Below are positions 55,419 to 64,000 of a stretch of 64,000 bases of DNA, piece by piece. The stretch covers positions 896,613-960,612 of the forward strand of contig CAWIYR010000002.1 of NCBI GenBank assembly GCA_963840375.1, written 5' to 3'. Below the pieces are notes generated by a model that saw only the letters and a list, made by a program, of their open reading frames with translations, ran no database searches and had not been told where the DNA came from. A program made the translations under genes and the position numbers. Numbering within the stretch: position 1 is the stretch's first letter; every line of letters begins with the position of its first letter. The stretch comes from an uncultured Chloroflexia bacterium (GTDB lineage: Bacteria; Chloroflexota; Limnocylindria; Limnocylindrales; CSP1-4).

Positions 55419-58400
55419 ACCGTCTCACCGAATTCGCCGTCCGTCGCCGGAGCGTCGTCCTGCTCCTGGCCTTCGGGGTCTTCCTGAGCGGTGCGTACGC
55501 CTGGAGCAACCTCCAGCAGGAGCTGCTTCCCGATATCGAGTTCCCGGTCATCACGGTCATCGCTCCGTACCCCGGTGCGAGCGCTGCGGACGTCACCGAG
55601 CAGGTGACGAAACCGATCGAGCGGGCGATCTCCGGCGTCCCGCGGCTGAGCCGGCTCCAGTCCACCTCGGCCAACTCGGTCTCGCTGGTGGTCGCCCAGT
55701 TCTCCTACGGCACGAACGTCAAGGAGACCCGGGCGGCGATCGAGCAGAACCTCGCGACGGTCGGCCTGCCGTCGGGCGTCACGCCCCAGGTCACCGCCCT
55801 GAACATCAACTCCACCCCGGTGATCATCGCCTCGATCTCCGGTCAGGGCGACGGTGGCCTCGAGACGGCCGCCCGGATCGCCCGGACGGACATCGTGCCG
55901 GCGCTTCAGGGCATCGAGGGGGTCGGCTCGGTCGACGTGACCGGCGGCCTCGAGCAGCGGGCGATCATCACGCTCGACCCGGCCAGGCTCGCTGCCAGCG
56001 GCGTCTCGGTCCAGCAGATCCAGGGGATCCTGGCCGCCAACAACCTCACCCTGCCTGCCGGGCAGCTGCCCGAGACGGGGGCGAACATCCCCGTCTCCAC
56101 CACCAGCGCCTTCGGCTCGCTGGCCGACATCGAGGATCTGGTCGTCGGCGTCAAGACGGCCGGCCCCGTGGGCGGGATCCCGACCGGTGGCACACCGGCA
56201 GCGAGCGCCGCCCCGGGGGCGAGCGCGGCTCCCGTCGCGAGCCCCGTCGCGGTCGCGCCGGTCCCGATCATGATCAAGGACCTCGGGAGCGTCGAGCTGG
56301 TCGGCGTGCCGACGACCGGTTATGCGCGGACCGACGGCCAGCCGGCCATCACGGTGAGCGTCTCCAAGACCTCGGGCGCGAACACGGTCACGGTCGCCGA
56401 TGCCGTGCGAGCCGAGCTCGACGCCGCCGCCGAGGCCAACCCCGACCTCCGGGTCGTCACGGTGCAGGACCTGTCGGGCTTCATCAAGGAGTCGCGCGAC
56501 GGCCTGGTCCGGGAGGGCGGGCTCGGCGCCGTCTTCGCGATCATCACGATCTTCCTGTTCCTGATGAGCCTGCGCTCCACCCTCGTGGCGGCGGTGAGCA
56601 TCCCGCTCTCGATCTTCGCCGCCCTGACCCTCATGCTCGTGACGGGCATCTCGATCAACATCATGACCCTGGGCGGCCTCGCGGTCGCGGTCGGACGGGT
56701 GGTGGACGACGCGATCGTCGTCCTCGAGAACATCTATCGGCATCGGGCCAGGGGCGAAGACCGACGGACCGCCGTCCTCGACGGCGCCCACGAGGTGGCC
56801 GGCGCGATCACCGCGAGCACGGCGACCACGGTGGCGGTCTTCCTTCCGCTCGGATTCGTCGGCGGGCTCGTCAGCCAGTTCTTCCTGCCCTTCGCGTTGA
56901 CGGTGACGTTCGCTCTCCTCGCCTCGCTCCTGTGCGCCCTGACCGTCGTCCCGGTCCTCGCCTACTTCCTCGTCGATCGAGTGAGGATGGACGTCGACGA
57001 GGACGGCGAGCCGCGCCGCTCCATCTGGATCCGGGCCTACACGCCGGCCATCCGGTTCGCGCTCCGCAGCCGCTGGACGAAGTGGGGCCTGGTCGCCGCG
57101 TCCGGTGCGCTGTTCGTCATGTCCTTCGCCCTCGTCCCGTCGATCCCGACCCAGTTCATCAACGCCGGCGGCGAGAAGATCCTCCAGGTCTCGGTGCAGC
57201 CACCTCCGGGGACCGGCTCGGCGGCCGTGCTCGAGAAGACGATCGCCGCCGAGGCGATCCTCAAGGCCGATCCCACGGTCGAGCTCGTCCAGTCCACCGT
57301 CCCCGGCGAGGGTGACACAAGCCGCCAGACGCTCCAGGCGGCCTTCTCCGGCCGGGCGGCGAACTCCTCGTCGCTGATCGTCCGGCTCGACCCGTCGGTG
57401 GACCTCAAGGAATCCTCGAAGAAGCTCGCCGACGCGCTTGCCTCGCTCAAGACCGACGGCTACGACGTGGCCGTCTCTGAAGCCACCGGCTTCTCGGGCG
57501 GCGGGATCAACGTCGTCGTCAGCTCGCCCGACCGGGCGGTCGTCGCCAAGGTCAGCGACGCCCTCGTCGCGGCGCTCAAGACGAACCCTGACCTCATCAA
57601 CATCAAGAGCGACCTGGCCCAGGGCACGCCCACCGTGGAGGTCAGGGTCGACCCGAACAAGGCCGTGGGGGCCGGACTCACCACGGCCCAGGTCGCCGGT
57701 GAGCTGCGCAACGTCCTCGTGCCCCAGCGAGCGAGCCGGATCACGATCGGCGACCAGCCGACGGTGGACCTCTACCTCCGGATCGATCCGGCCCAGGTGG
57801 CGTCGATCGACGCGCTCAAGAAGCTTCCCGTCGGGACCGCCCGGACCGTTCCGCTGGGGACGATCGCGGCGGTGGAGCAGACGGACACCCAGGGCAGCAT
57901 CACCCGGATCGACGAGCGCCCGGCCTCCTCGATCTCGGCCGAGATCACCAGCGCCAACACCGGCGCGGTGTCGCAGGCCGTCGCGAAGGAGATCGACCGA
58001 CTGAAGGCGGACGGGACGATCCCCAAGGGCGTCGAGGTCTCCCTGGCCGGCGTCACCCAGCAGCAGAACGAGGCCTTCGGCGGGCTGTTCGCCTCGATGG
58101 GCGTGGCCATCCTCCTCGTCTACGTGATGATGGTCCTGACCTTCAACTCGCTCATCACCCCGTTCATCATCCTGTTCAGCCTGCCGCTCGCGACGATCGG
58201 TGCCTTCGTGGCCCTCTACGTCACGGGGCGACCGATCGGCATCAGCGCCCTCATCGGCTTCCTGATGCTCATCGGGATCGTGGTCACCAACGCGATCGTC
58301 CTGCTCGACCTCGTCGAGCGGCTCCGGTCGCAGGGCGAGAGCACCCAGGAGGCCCTCATCGAGGGCGGGCGGACCCGCGTCCGGCCGATCCTCATGACGG

Positions 58401-58690
58401 CCATCGCGACGATGCTCGCGCTCATCCCGCTGGCCGCGGGGTTCAACCAGGGCTCGATCATCGCCGCCGAGCTGGGGACCGTCGTCATCGGCGGGCTGTT
58501 CAGCTCCACGTTCCTGACCCTGCTCGTCGTGCCGGTCGTCTACTCGCTCGTCGACGGGGGCAAGGTGGGTCTCGCGAAGCGGTTCGGACGGAGCCCGGCG
58601 ACGGGTGCCGACGGCGACGGGGACGGGTCCGGCCGAGCGGACGCCGGCCGCGCCCCGGATCCCACCGGGGCCGGCCCGGCCACCGCCTGA
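55415..58690 (+). CDS. RND efflux transporter permease (AcrB/HAE family, no adjacent MFP/OMF genes)
   Basis: MNRLTEFAVRRRSVVLL...PDIEFPVITVIAPYPGASA..., 12-TM and two-loop architecture, 1091 aa. Confidence 0.9.
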   Translation: MNRLTEFAVRRRSVVLLLAFGVFLSGAYAWSNLQQELLPDIEFPVITVIAPYPGASAADVTEQVTKPIERAISGVPRLSRLQSTSANSVSLVVAQFSYGTNVKETRAAIEQNLATVGLPSGVTPQVTALNINSTPVIIASISGQGDGGLETAARIARTDIVPALQGIEGVGSVDVTGGLEQRAIITLDPARLAASGVSVQQIQGILAANNLTLPAGQLPETGANIPVSTTSAFGSLADIEDLVVGVKTAGPVGGIPTGGTPAASAAPGASAAPVASPVAVAPVPIMIKDLGSVELVGVPTTGYARTDGQPAITVSVSKTSGANTVTVADAVRAELDAAAEANPDLRVVTVQDLSGFIKESRDGLVREGGLGAVFAIITIFLFLMSLRSTLVAAVSIPLSIFAALTLMLVTGISINIMTLGGLAVAVGRVVDDAIVVLENIYRHRARGEDRRTAVLDGAHEVAGAITASTATTVAVFLPLGFVGGLVSQFFLPFALTVTFALLASLLCALTVVPVLAYFLVDRVRMDVDEDGEPRRSIWIRAYTPAIRFALRSRWTKWGLVAASGALFVMSFALVPSIPTQFINAGGEKILQVSVQPPPGTGSAAVLEKTIAAEAILKADPTVELVQSTVPGEGDTSRQTLQAAFSGRAANSSSLIVRLDPSVDLKESSKKLADALASLKTDGYDVAVSEATGFSGGGINVVVSSPDRAVVAKVSDALVAALKTNPDLINIKSDLAQGTPTVEVRVDPNKAVGAGLTTAQVAGELRNVLVPQRASRITIGDQPTVDLYLRIDPAQVASIDALKKLPVGTARTVPLGTIAAVEQTDTQGSITRIDERPASSISAEITSANTGAVSQAVAKEIDRLKADGTIPKGVEVSLAGVTQQQNEAFGGLFASMGVAILLVYVMMVLTFNSLITPFIILFSLPLATIGAFVALYVTGRPIGISALIGFLMLIGIVVTNAIVLLDLVERLRSQGESTQEALIEGGRTRVRPILMTAIATMLALIPLAAGFNQGSIIAAELGTVVIGGLFSSTFLTLLVVPVVYSLVDGGKVGLAKRFGRSPATGADGDGDGSGRADAGRAPDPTGAGPATA

Positions 58691-58751
58691 CCTTCCGGCG
58701 GCCCGACTCGCGGTCTACACTCCGGTGGATGCAAGTCGCGGGAGTTCGGAC

Positions 58752-59222
58752 GTGAGCGAGGCCGTCGATCCGCAGGCCTCGACGGGGGCGGTCAGGGGCC
58801 GGCGCACGCGCCCGCTCGGGATCGTCCTGCTCGTGCTCTTCCAGGTGGCCAACGTCGGGGTCAACCTGCTCGCGACCGCCGGCGCGCTCGGTCCCCGCCA
58901 CGGGACCCTCATCGCCGTCCTCGGGTCCGACACGCCCATCCTCGACTACGTGATCATCGGGCTGGGGGTCCTGTCCCTCGTGGGCGCCGTCGCGCTCTGG
59001 CGGCTCAACCGGTTCGGCTGGTACGCGATCATGCTCCTGACCGGCCTGGGACTGGCGCTCCAGATCGCCTTCTATGTCTGGGCGACCGCGAACTTCCTCA
59101 ACCTGGCGATCTTCACGGTGTCGGCCTTCTATCTCAACCAGCACGACGTGAAGTCGCTCTTCCTCGCACCGCCGGACGAGCCCGAGAGCGTCGTCCTGGC
59201 CGTCGAGGCGGACGACCGCTGA
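58752..59222 (+). CDS. Small membrane protein of unknown function (4 TM)
   Basis: GTG after GGGAG. Hydrophobic product. Its stop overlaps the next start (TGATG). Confidence 0.55.
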   Translation: MSEAVDPQASTGAVRGRRTRPLGIVLLVLFQVANVGVNLLATAGALGPRHGTLIAVLGSDTPILDYVIIGLGVLSLVGAVALWRLNRFGWYAIMLLTGLGLALQIAFYVWATANFLNLAIFTVSAFYLNQHDVKSLFLAPPDEPESVVLAVEADDR

Positions 59223-61063
59223 TGATCGACCCCGCCATCGACGCCATCCCGGCCGTCGCGTCCGACGACCTCGAGCTCCTGCGGACGTACGAGCCGGTCG
59301 TCCGGTACACCCAGGGGGAGCTGTTCTTCCCCGCCGCCATGGAGTCGTACATCCCGGAGTGCGACCTGTTCGTGGGTCGCTCCGAGCGCGAGCGTCGCCT
59401 CCTGGTCCCGTACGGCGAGCTGACCGAGGAGCGTCTCGTCTCGTACGTCGCGGCGCCCGGTGAGACCCTCTCGATGCGGCTCGCCCAGAAGCCGTTGGGT
59501 GGGCTCGATCTCGCCCGGTGGAACCGGCGACCGGACCGCCCGGCGTTCCATGCCCCGAGCCGGTTGGCCCGGGTCGGGATCTTCGCCCGGCTCATCGACA
59601 CCGCCTTCACCGCCTCGCTCCTTCTTCGGGGCACCGTCCCGGGTGGGACCACGGCGGCAGCCCACGAGAAGTACGAGAAGGTCCGTCAGGCCGACCCTCG
59701 CTACGTCTATCACGGGCGGATCCTGCGGGCGGAGGGCTGGATCGTCCTCCACTACATGTACTTCTACTTCATGAACGACTGGCGCTCGACCTTCTCTGGC
59801 GCGAACGACCACGAGTCCGACCTGGAGCAGGCGTTCGTCTTCCTCGAGGACGCTCCCGGGGGTCCCCGGCCGATCTGGTTCGCCTGTGCCGCCCACGACT
59901 ACTCGGGCGACCAGCTCCGGCGACGCTGGGACGACCCGTACCTGGTCAAGGTCGGCGACCACCCGGTGATCCACGCCGGAGCCGGCTCGCACGCCGCCTA
60001 CTTCGAGCCGGGGGAGTACATGACCGCGGCGCCGGTCCCGGGAGCCCGCCGTCTGCACGGGTTCCTCGATGCCGTGCAGTCGTTCTGGCGCGACACGCTC
60101 CGGCAGCCGGACCCGGGAGACCTGGCGACCTCGCTCGAGCGTGCCTTGAGCATCCCGTTCATCGACTACGCCCGCGGCGACGGCGTCCAGGTCGGTGGCG
60201 ACGGCGGCGCGGCCTGGACCCCGGTCCTCATCGATGACGGCGTCCCCTGGGTGGACGGCTATCGCGGGCTGCTGGGCCTCGATACCTTCGACCGGTTCGC
60301 CGGTGAGCGGGCCCCGGCCGGGCCGAAGTACACCCGCTCCGGCATCGTCCGCCAGTCCTGGAACGATCCCATCGGGTGGGCCGGTCTGGCGAAGACGGCG
60401 CCGCCGTTCCGGATGCCGGCTGCGCTCGAGGCGCGACTCGCCGAGCTCGACGGGGAGCTGTCGGCACTCCGCAGCGAGAACGACGCGAAGGCGGCCAGCC
60501 TGGACGGGCTCGACCTCGAGGTCCGGGCGCTCTCGACCGACCAGAGCTTCGCCGCGATCCACGAGGCAAGGGCCGCCGAGCTCGCCCAGCGCGAGGCCGA
60601 GGTCAACAAGGGCCGCTCGCGCGAGGCGGTGCTGTCCGACTCGATCCGGGCCGGCCGCCGGGAACTCGAACGGCTCCGGGCCGGCGACTTCGGCGATCCT
60701 CGCGCCCACCTCCACGGCGACCACCACCCGGTCCCGCCTGAGCTGACCCGGTACGGCCGGATCATCGAGCTGTGGTCGGCGATCAGCATCAGCCTGGTCC
60801 TGATCGGGGCGATCGCCCTCATCTGGCTCACGCCTGTGCGCTGGTGGGTCGCCCTCCTCGTGGCCTTAGCGGTCTACGCGGTCCTCGAGTCGGCGTTCCG
60901 GCGGCGGCTCACGGTCCTCCTCCTGCGGATCACCCTGGTCCTGGCCGGGATCGGGGCGCTCATCCTCCTCTACGAGTTCACGACGCTCATCGTCTTCGCG
61001 GCGATCATCGGGCTGGCCGGGCTGACGCTCTTCGACAACGTCCGGGAGATCAGCAGGAGCTAG
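59222..61063 (+). CDS. Vps62/DUF946-like domain protein with coiled-coil and C-terminal 4-TM anchor
   Basis: YEPVVRYTQGELFFPAAME, WIVLHYMYFYFMNDW...NDHESDLEQAFVFLE, HPVIHAGAGSHAAYF are Vps62-like motifs. These are followed by Ala/Glu/Arg-rich helices and then TM helices. Confidence 0.6.
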   Translation: MIDPAIDAIPAVASDDLELLRTYEPVVRYTQGELFFPAAMESYIPECDLFVGRSERERRLLVPYGELTEERLVSYVAAPGETLSMRLAQKPLGGLDLARWNRRPDRPAFHAPSRLARVGIFARLIDTAFTASLLLRGTVPGGTTAAAHEKYEKVRQADPRYVYHGRILRAEGWIVLHYMYFYFMNDWRSTFSGANDHESDLEQAFVFLEDAPGGPRPIWFACAAHDYSGDQLRRRWDDPYLVKVGDHPVIHAGAGSHAAYFEPGEYMTAAPVPGARRLHGFLDAVQSFWRDTLRQPDPGDLATSLERALSIPFIDYARGDGVQVGGDGGAAWTPVLIDDGVPWVDGYRGLLGLDTFDRFAGERAPAGPKYTRSGIVRQSWNDPIGWAGLAKTAPPFRMPAALEARLAELDGELSALRSENDAKAASLDGLDLEVRALSTDQSFAAIHEARAAELAQREAEVNKGRSREAVLSDSIRAGRRELERLRAGDFGDPRAHLHGDHHPVPPELTRYGRIIELWSAISISLVLIGAIALIWLTPVRWWVALLVALAVYAVLESAFRRRLTVLLLRITLVLAGIGALILLYEFTTLIVFAAIIGLAGLTLFDNVREISRS

Positions 61064-61097
61064 GCCGCGCGGCGTCCCGGTCGGGAGCCGCCCACGC

Positions 61098-62399
61098 TCA
61101 GACGGTGGCGCCCGTCCCGCTCGGAAGGTCGCCGGCCGGCTCATCCTCCTCGTCGCCACGGCCGATCAGGACGAACCAGGCCGTCATCAGGGCTCCCACG
61201 AGGACGGCGACCTCGATGCCGACCGCCATCCAGATGACGATGAAGGCGACGACGGCCACCCCGACCAGGCGGAGCTCGGCCCGGTGCGCCCGGCGGAATG
61301 CGCCCGCCCCGGCGACCACGGCGGTCGTCCCCGCGGCACCGGCGGTCGTCCCCGCCGCACCCGCCTTCCCGGCCGCCCCGGAGACGGTCGCGGCTGCCGA
61401 CACGGCCCAGCGCGGCCGCCCGGCGAAGTAGGCGATCAGGGTCACGATCACCGCGCCGACGACCAGGATCCAGACGAGCCCGAACAGGTCATGGATGAAG
61501 ACGTCCACCGCGCCCCGGACCGCCGGGAGTCCCTCGTCCGAGATCGACGAGATGATCGCATTCTCGACGCCGGCCACGATCAGCCGGGCCGCGAGGAACG
61601 TGATGACCGTGCCGATCCCGAGGTAGACGACCGCCCGCCGTCGGGCGGCGGCCAGCCAGATGGCGAGGACGATCAGGACGGCCGTGACGATCCAGAGTGC
61701 GACCGTCAGGAGGTCGAACGCCCGAACGGCCGTCTGAAGGCGGGCCAGCCGCTCGGCCCGGAACAGGGGCATCTGGCCGAAGTCGGCCGGGAGGGTGACG
61801 CCGAGGACCGCCTGGAGCTTCGTCCGTGTCTCCTCCGGGACGGCCGTACCGGTGAACTCCGGCAGCGTGACGGTGGCCGGGATGAGGCCCTGTTCCTGGA
61901 GCGCGACGAGGGCCTTCCCGACGAGGGGATAGAGATTGAACGTGACCATCCCCTGATCCACCGTGAGAACGGTCGTGTCACCGCGGAGGGCCCGGACCAG
62001 CTGCTGGTGGACGGCTCGATTGCCCTCCTCCCAGACCGTCGCGAACTGGGGGCTGGCCACGACCTTCAGGAGCTGCTCGTCGAGCGTCCGCTGGACGGCG
62101 GCGGTCACCGGAACCGCCAGGAAGCTCGCCTGCTCGGGCAGGGCCTGGGCTACCCGGGTCTGGACGTCGAGGGCGTCGACCACCTGCTGCGAGATGAACG
62201 TGGCCATCTCGGCCTGCACGGCGGGATCCTGCTGGACCGCCGAGACGACCCGCACGTAGCGATCGGTGTTCAGGACGGTCTGGTGGGCCCACGTGGCGAG
62301 GACGCTGGCGAGCAGGCTGATGCAGGCCAGAAACAGGACGAGGCCGGTCATGTAGCGGCGGCCGCGCGTATGGCGGCGAGGGTTCGTCTCGACGGTCAC
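61098..62399 (-). CDS. Integral membrane protein of unknown function
   Basis: N-terminal TM, large extracytoplasmic region, and 5 C-terminal TM helices with an (AGTT)n-type low-complexity loop; 433 aa. Confidence 0.6.
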   Translation of the reverse strand: MTVETNPRRHTRGRRYMTGLVLFLACISLLASVLATWAHQTVLNTDRYVRVVSAVQQDPAVQAEMATFISQQVVDALDVQTRVAQALPEQASFLAVPVTAAVQRTLDEQLLKVVASPQFATVWEEGNRAVHQQLVRALRGDTTVLTVDQGMVTFNLYPLVGKALVALQEQGLIPATVTLPEFTGTAVPEETRTKLQAVLGVTLPADFGQMPLFRAERLARLQTAVRAFDLLTVALWIVTAVLIVLAIWLAAARRRAVVYLGIGTVITFLAARLIVAGVENAIISSISDEGLPAVRGAVDVFIHDLFGLVWILVVGAVIVTLIAYFAGRPRWAVSAAATVSGAAGKAGAAGTTAGAAGTTAVVAGAGAFRRAHRAELRLVGVAVVAFIVIWMAVGIEVAVLVGALMTAWFVLIGRGDEEDEPAGDLPSGTGATV

Positions 62400-62641
62400 G
62401 GTCGCGATCCTCCTGGGCGGACGGGCCTTGGGGCAGAGCGCGATCCCGGGTCCGCCGATCTTGGGTCGAGCCGGTCCGTCGGCGCGGCCGGGTACAGCGT
62501 AGTCGCTCCGGGCTGGACGGCGCGCGCTACGATTCGACCGGCCGGGTCGTGCCCACCCCGGGTCCTGTCGCTCGATCGGCGTCGCCGATCGTGGACCGCT
62601 CGGGGCGTGGGGCCCCGCGAAGTTCGAGGGAGGTCGAGCCC

Positions 62642-63277
62642 GTGAGCCTGGAAGGGATCGTCATCGGCGTGGTCGGGCTGCTCGTCGGGGCAGCGCTGAC
62701 CTTCGCCGGGTACCGGTTCTTCCTGATCCTGCTGCCGATCTTCGGGTTCGTCGCCGGCTTCTACGTCGGTTCGGCGGCGGTCACCGCGCTGTTCGGCGAC
62801 GGCTTCCTGTCCACCGTCACCGGCTGGATCGTGGGGCTGGTCGGGGGGGCCGCCTTCGCCATCCTGTCGTACCTGTTCTATTACGTGGGCGTCATCATCC
62901 TGGCCGGTGCCGTGGGCGCCTCGGTCGGGTCCGGCTTCATGGCCTGGCTCGGGTTCGACCCCGGGCTGCTGACCCTTCTCGTCGCGGCAGGCGCGGCGCT
63001 CGTCGTCGCCGTCGCCGCGATGGTCCTGGCCGTCCCGAAGTACCTCGTGATCGCCCTCACGGCGGTCGCCGGCGCCACGACCCTGATCGGAGGCGTCCTG
63101 CTCATCGTCGGCGTGATCAAGCCGGCCGACCTGCACGACGGGGCGATCGCGGCCGAGGTTCGGGAGTCGCTCCTCTGGATCGTGGTCGCGCTCGTCCTGG
63201 CCGGTGCCGGGATCGTCGCCCAGATGCGCACGACGATGACCTACGTCCTGGACCCGGAGGGTTCGCGCCTCGGTTGA
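62642..63277 (+). CDS. DUF4203-like multi-TM membrane protein
   Basis: GTG after GAGGGAGG. Gly/Ala/Val-rich TM helices (FFLILLPIFGFVAGFYVG...). Confidence 0.55.
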   Translation: MSLEGIVIGVVGLLVGAALTFAGYRFFLILLPIFGFVAGFYVGSAAVTALFGDGFLSTVTGWIVGLVGGAAFAILSYLFYYVGVIILAGAVGASVGSGFMAWLGFDPGLLTLLVAAGAALVVAVAAMVLAVPKYLVIALTAVAGATTLIGGVLLIVGVIKPADLHDGAIAAEVRESLLWIVVALVLAGAGIVAQMRTTMTYVLDPEGSRLG

Positions 63278-63319
63278 CCGCCTTCGGGCCCGGTCGGGCG
63301 ACCGTCGCCGGGGCGGGTC

Positions 63320-64000
63320 TCAGCCGGCGAGGTGACGGAGCGCGACCGCGGCGTAGGTGGCGACGCCGTCGGCCATCGCCGCCTCGTCGAAGACGACCAG
63401 GTTCGAATGGTTCTGCGGCCCGCGCTCCGGGTCGATCCCGGCCGGGCTCGCGCCGAGGAAGGCCATCGTGCCGGGCACCCGCTCGAGGACGTACGAGAAG
63501 TCCTCGGCGCCCATGATCGGGGCGGCCAGCTCGGCCACCCGATCGTCGCCCAGGAGCTCGGCGGCGGTCTCCCGGGCGAATGCCGCGAAGGCGGGGTCGT
63601 TCACGGTGACCGGGTAGCCGGGCTCGATCTCGACCTCCACCGCCGCGCCGGTCGCCAGCGCGGCGCCCGCGGCGACTTCGCGGATGCGTTCGTGGATGGC
63701 GGCCCGGGTCGCGGCCGAGACGGTCCGGAGCGTGCCGCCCATGAAGGCGATCTCCGGGATGATGTTGGTGGTCGTCCCGGCGACGACCTGGGCGATGGTG
63801 ATGACCGCCGGGTCGAAGACGTCGACCCGCCTGGTGACCATCGTCTGGAGGTCGATCAGGACCCGGGCCGCCACGGCGATCGGGTCCACGGCGAGGTGGG
63901 GCGCCGACGCGTGACCACCCCGACCGCGGACGGTGATCCGGAGCGTGTCGCTCGAGGCCAGCAGGGCGCCGGGGCGGACGTTGATCGTGCCCGATGGGTA
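63320..64000 (-). CDS. M20 family amidohydrolase/peptidase (N-acyl-amino-acid amidohydrolase-like), 5' end outside window
   Basis: ...GGHASAPHLAVDPIAVAA...GTTTNIIPE...GAEDFSYV...HSNLVVFDE. The frame is open to the window edge. Confidence 0.8.
   Translation of the reverse strand, partial: YPSGTINVRPGALLASSDTLRITVRGRGGHASAPHLAVDPIAVAARVLIDLQTMVTRRVDVFDPAVITIAQVVAGTTTNIIPEIAFMGGTLRTVSAATRAAIHERIREVAAGAALATGAAVEVEIEPGYPVTVNDPAFAAFARETAAELLGDDRVAELAAPIMGAEDFSYVLERVPGTMAFLGASPAGIDPERGPQNHSNLVVFDEAAMADGVATYAAVALRHLAG

Overview
Very GC-rich bacterial chromosomal segment. Third codon positions of real genes are almost all G/C, which also creates many long spurious antisense ORFs in the supplied track. 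I call about 60 protein-coding genes. I found no rRNA, tRNA, CRISPR array, transposase, integrase or phage gene.

Gene content from left to right:
- ABC-2 exporter.
- Ni/Co ECF importer (fused CbiMN/NikMN, then Q, then an O ATPase with a His-rich tail), divergent from a Fur/Nur-like regulator.
- DUF427, FabI, a HAD hydrolase, and an MFS transporter fused to a cNMP-binding domain.
- P5C-dehydrogenase-like ALDH and a GabT-like aminotransferase.
- CoA-transferase subunits A and B.
- USP and a two-domain multicopper oxidase.
- DevS/DevR-like GAF kinase with a NarL-type regulator.
- Acetyl-CoA hydrolase/transferase, a DHA2 MFS pump, and an NlpC/P60 hydrolase.
- Four-subunit 2-oxoacid:ferredoxin oxidoreductase followed by a Lon-like AAA protease.
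- Hemerythrin, then a YbaK-like deacylase coupled to a small eRF1/host-attachment-like protein.
- Membrane-bound (Tat plus cytochrome b) [NiFe]-hydrogenase locus hupS-hupL-hupC-hupD-hypA-hypF-hypC-hypD-hypE, followed by VIT1.
- ArsR-DsrE-TusA-DsrE-TusA-SQR sulfur-trafficking operon.
- Aminotransferase, MMPL, phosphotriesterase-like protein, OsmC, YcaQ-like protein.
- MarR with an RND pump, a Vps62-like/coiled-coil/TM protein, further membrane proteins, and an M20 amidohydrolase cut by the window end.

Most noteworthy observations:
1. The hydrogenase large subunit is split by a +1 frame change at about 35165-35169.
2. Three more reading-frame anomalies are each resolved by skipping one base: hypF runs in frame into hypC, a 61-codon ORF at 46674-46857 is split, and the MFS-cNMP gene has no canonical start. 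This suggests either assembly insertions or something biological.
3. The hydrogenase small subunit has C-A-G-N where the canonical proximal-cluster C-x-G-C motif is expected.
4. No hypB is present, while the Ni/Co importer ATPase carries a 12-His tail.
5. A family of intergenic inverted repeats (core ATCAC-N3-CATTG, REPIN/MITE-like) occurs at two loci, and an unrelated 47-bp repeat pair occurs at a third.
6. A structured leader resembling a ydaO/c-di-AMP riboswitch lies upstream of the NlpC/P60 gene.

I cannot point to a clear-cut novel multi-gene system. The best candidates for unexplored biology are the atypical hydrogenase/nickel/sulfur island, the YbaK plus eRF1-like pair, and the small-TM plus Vps62-like pair. 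All family assignments come from reading the translated sequences by eye; no searches were run.
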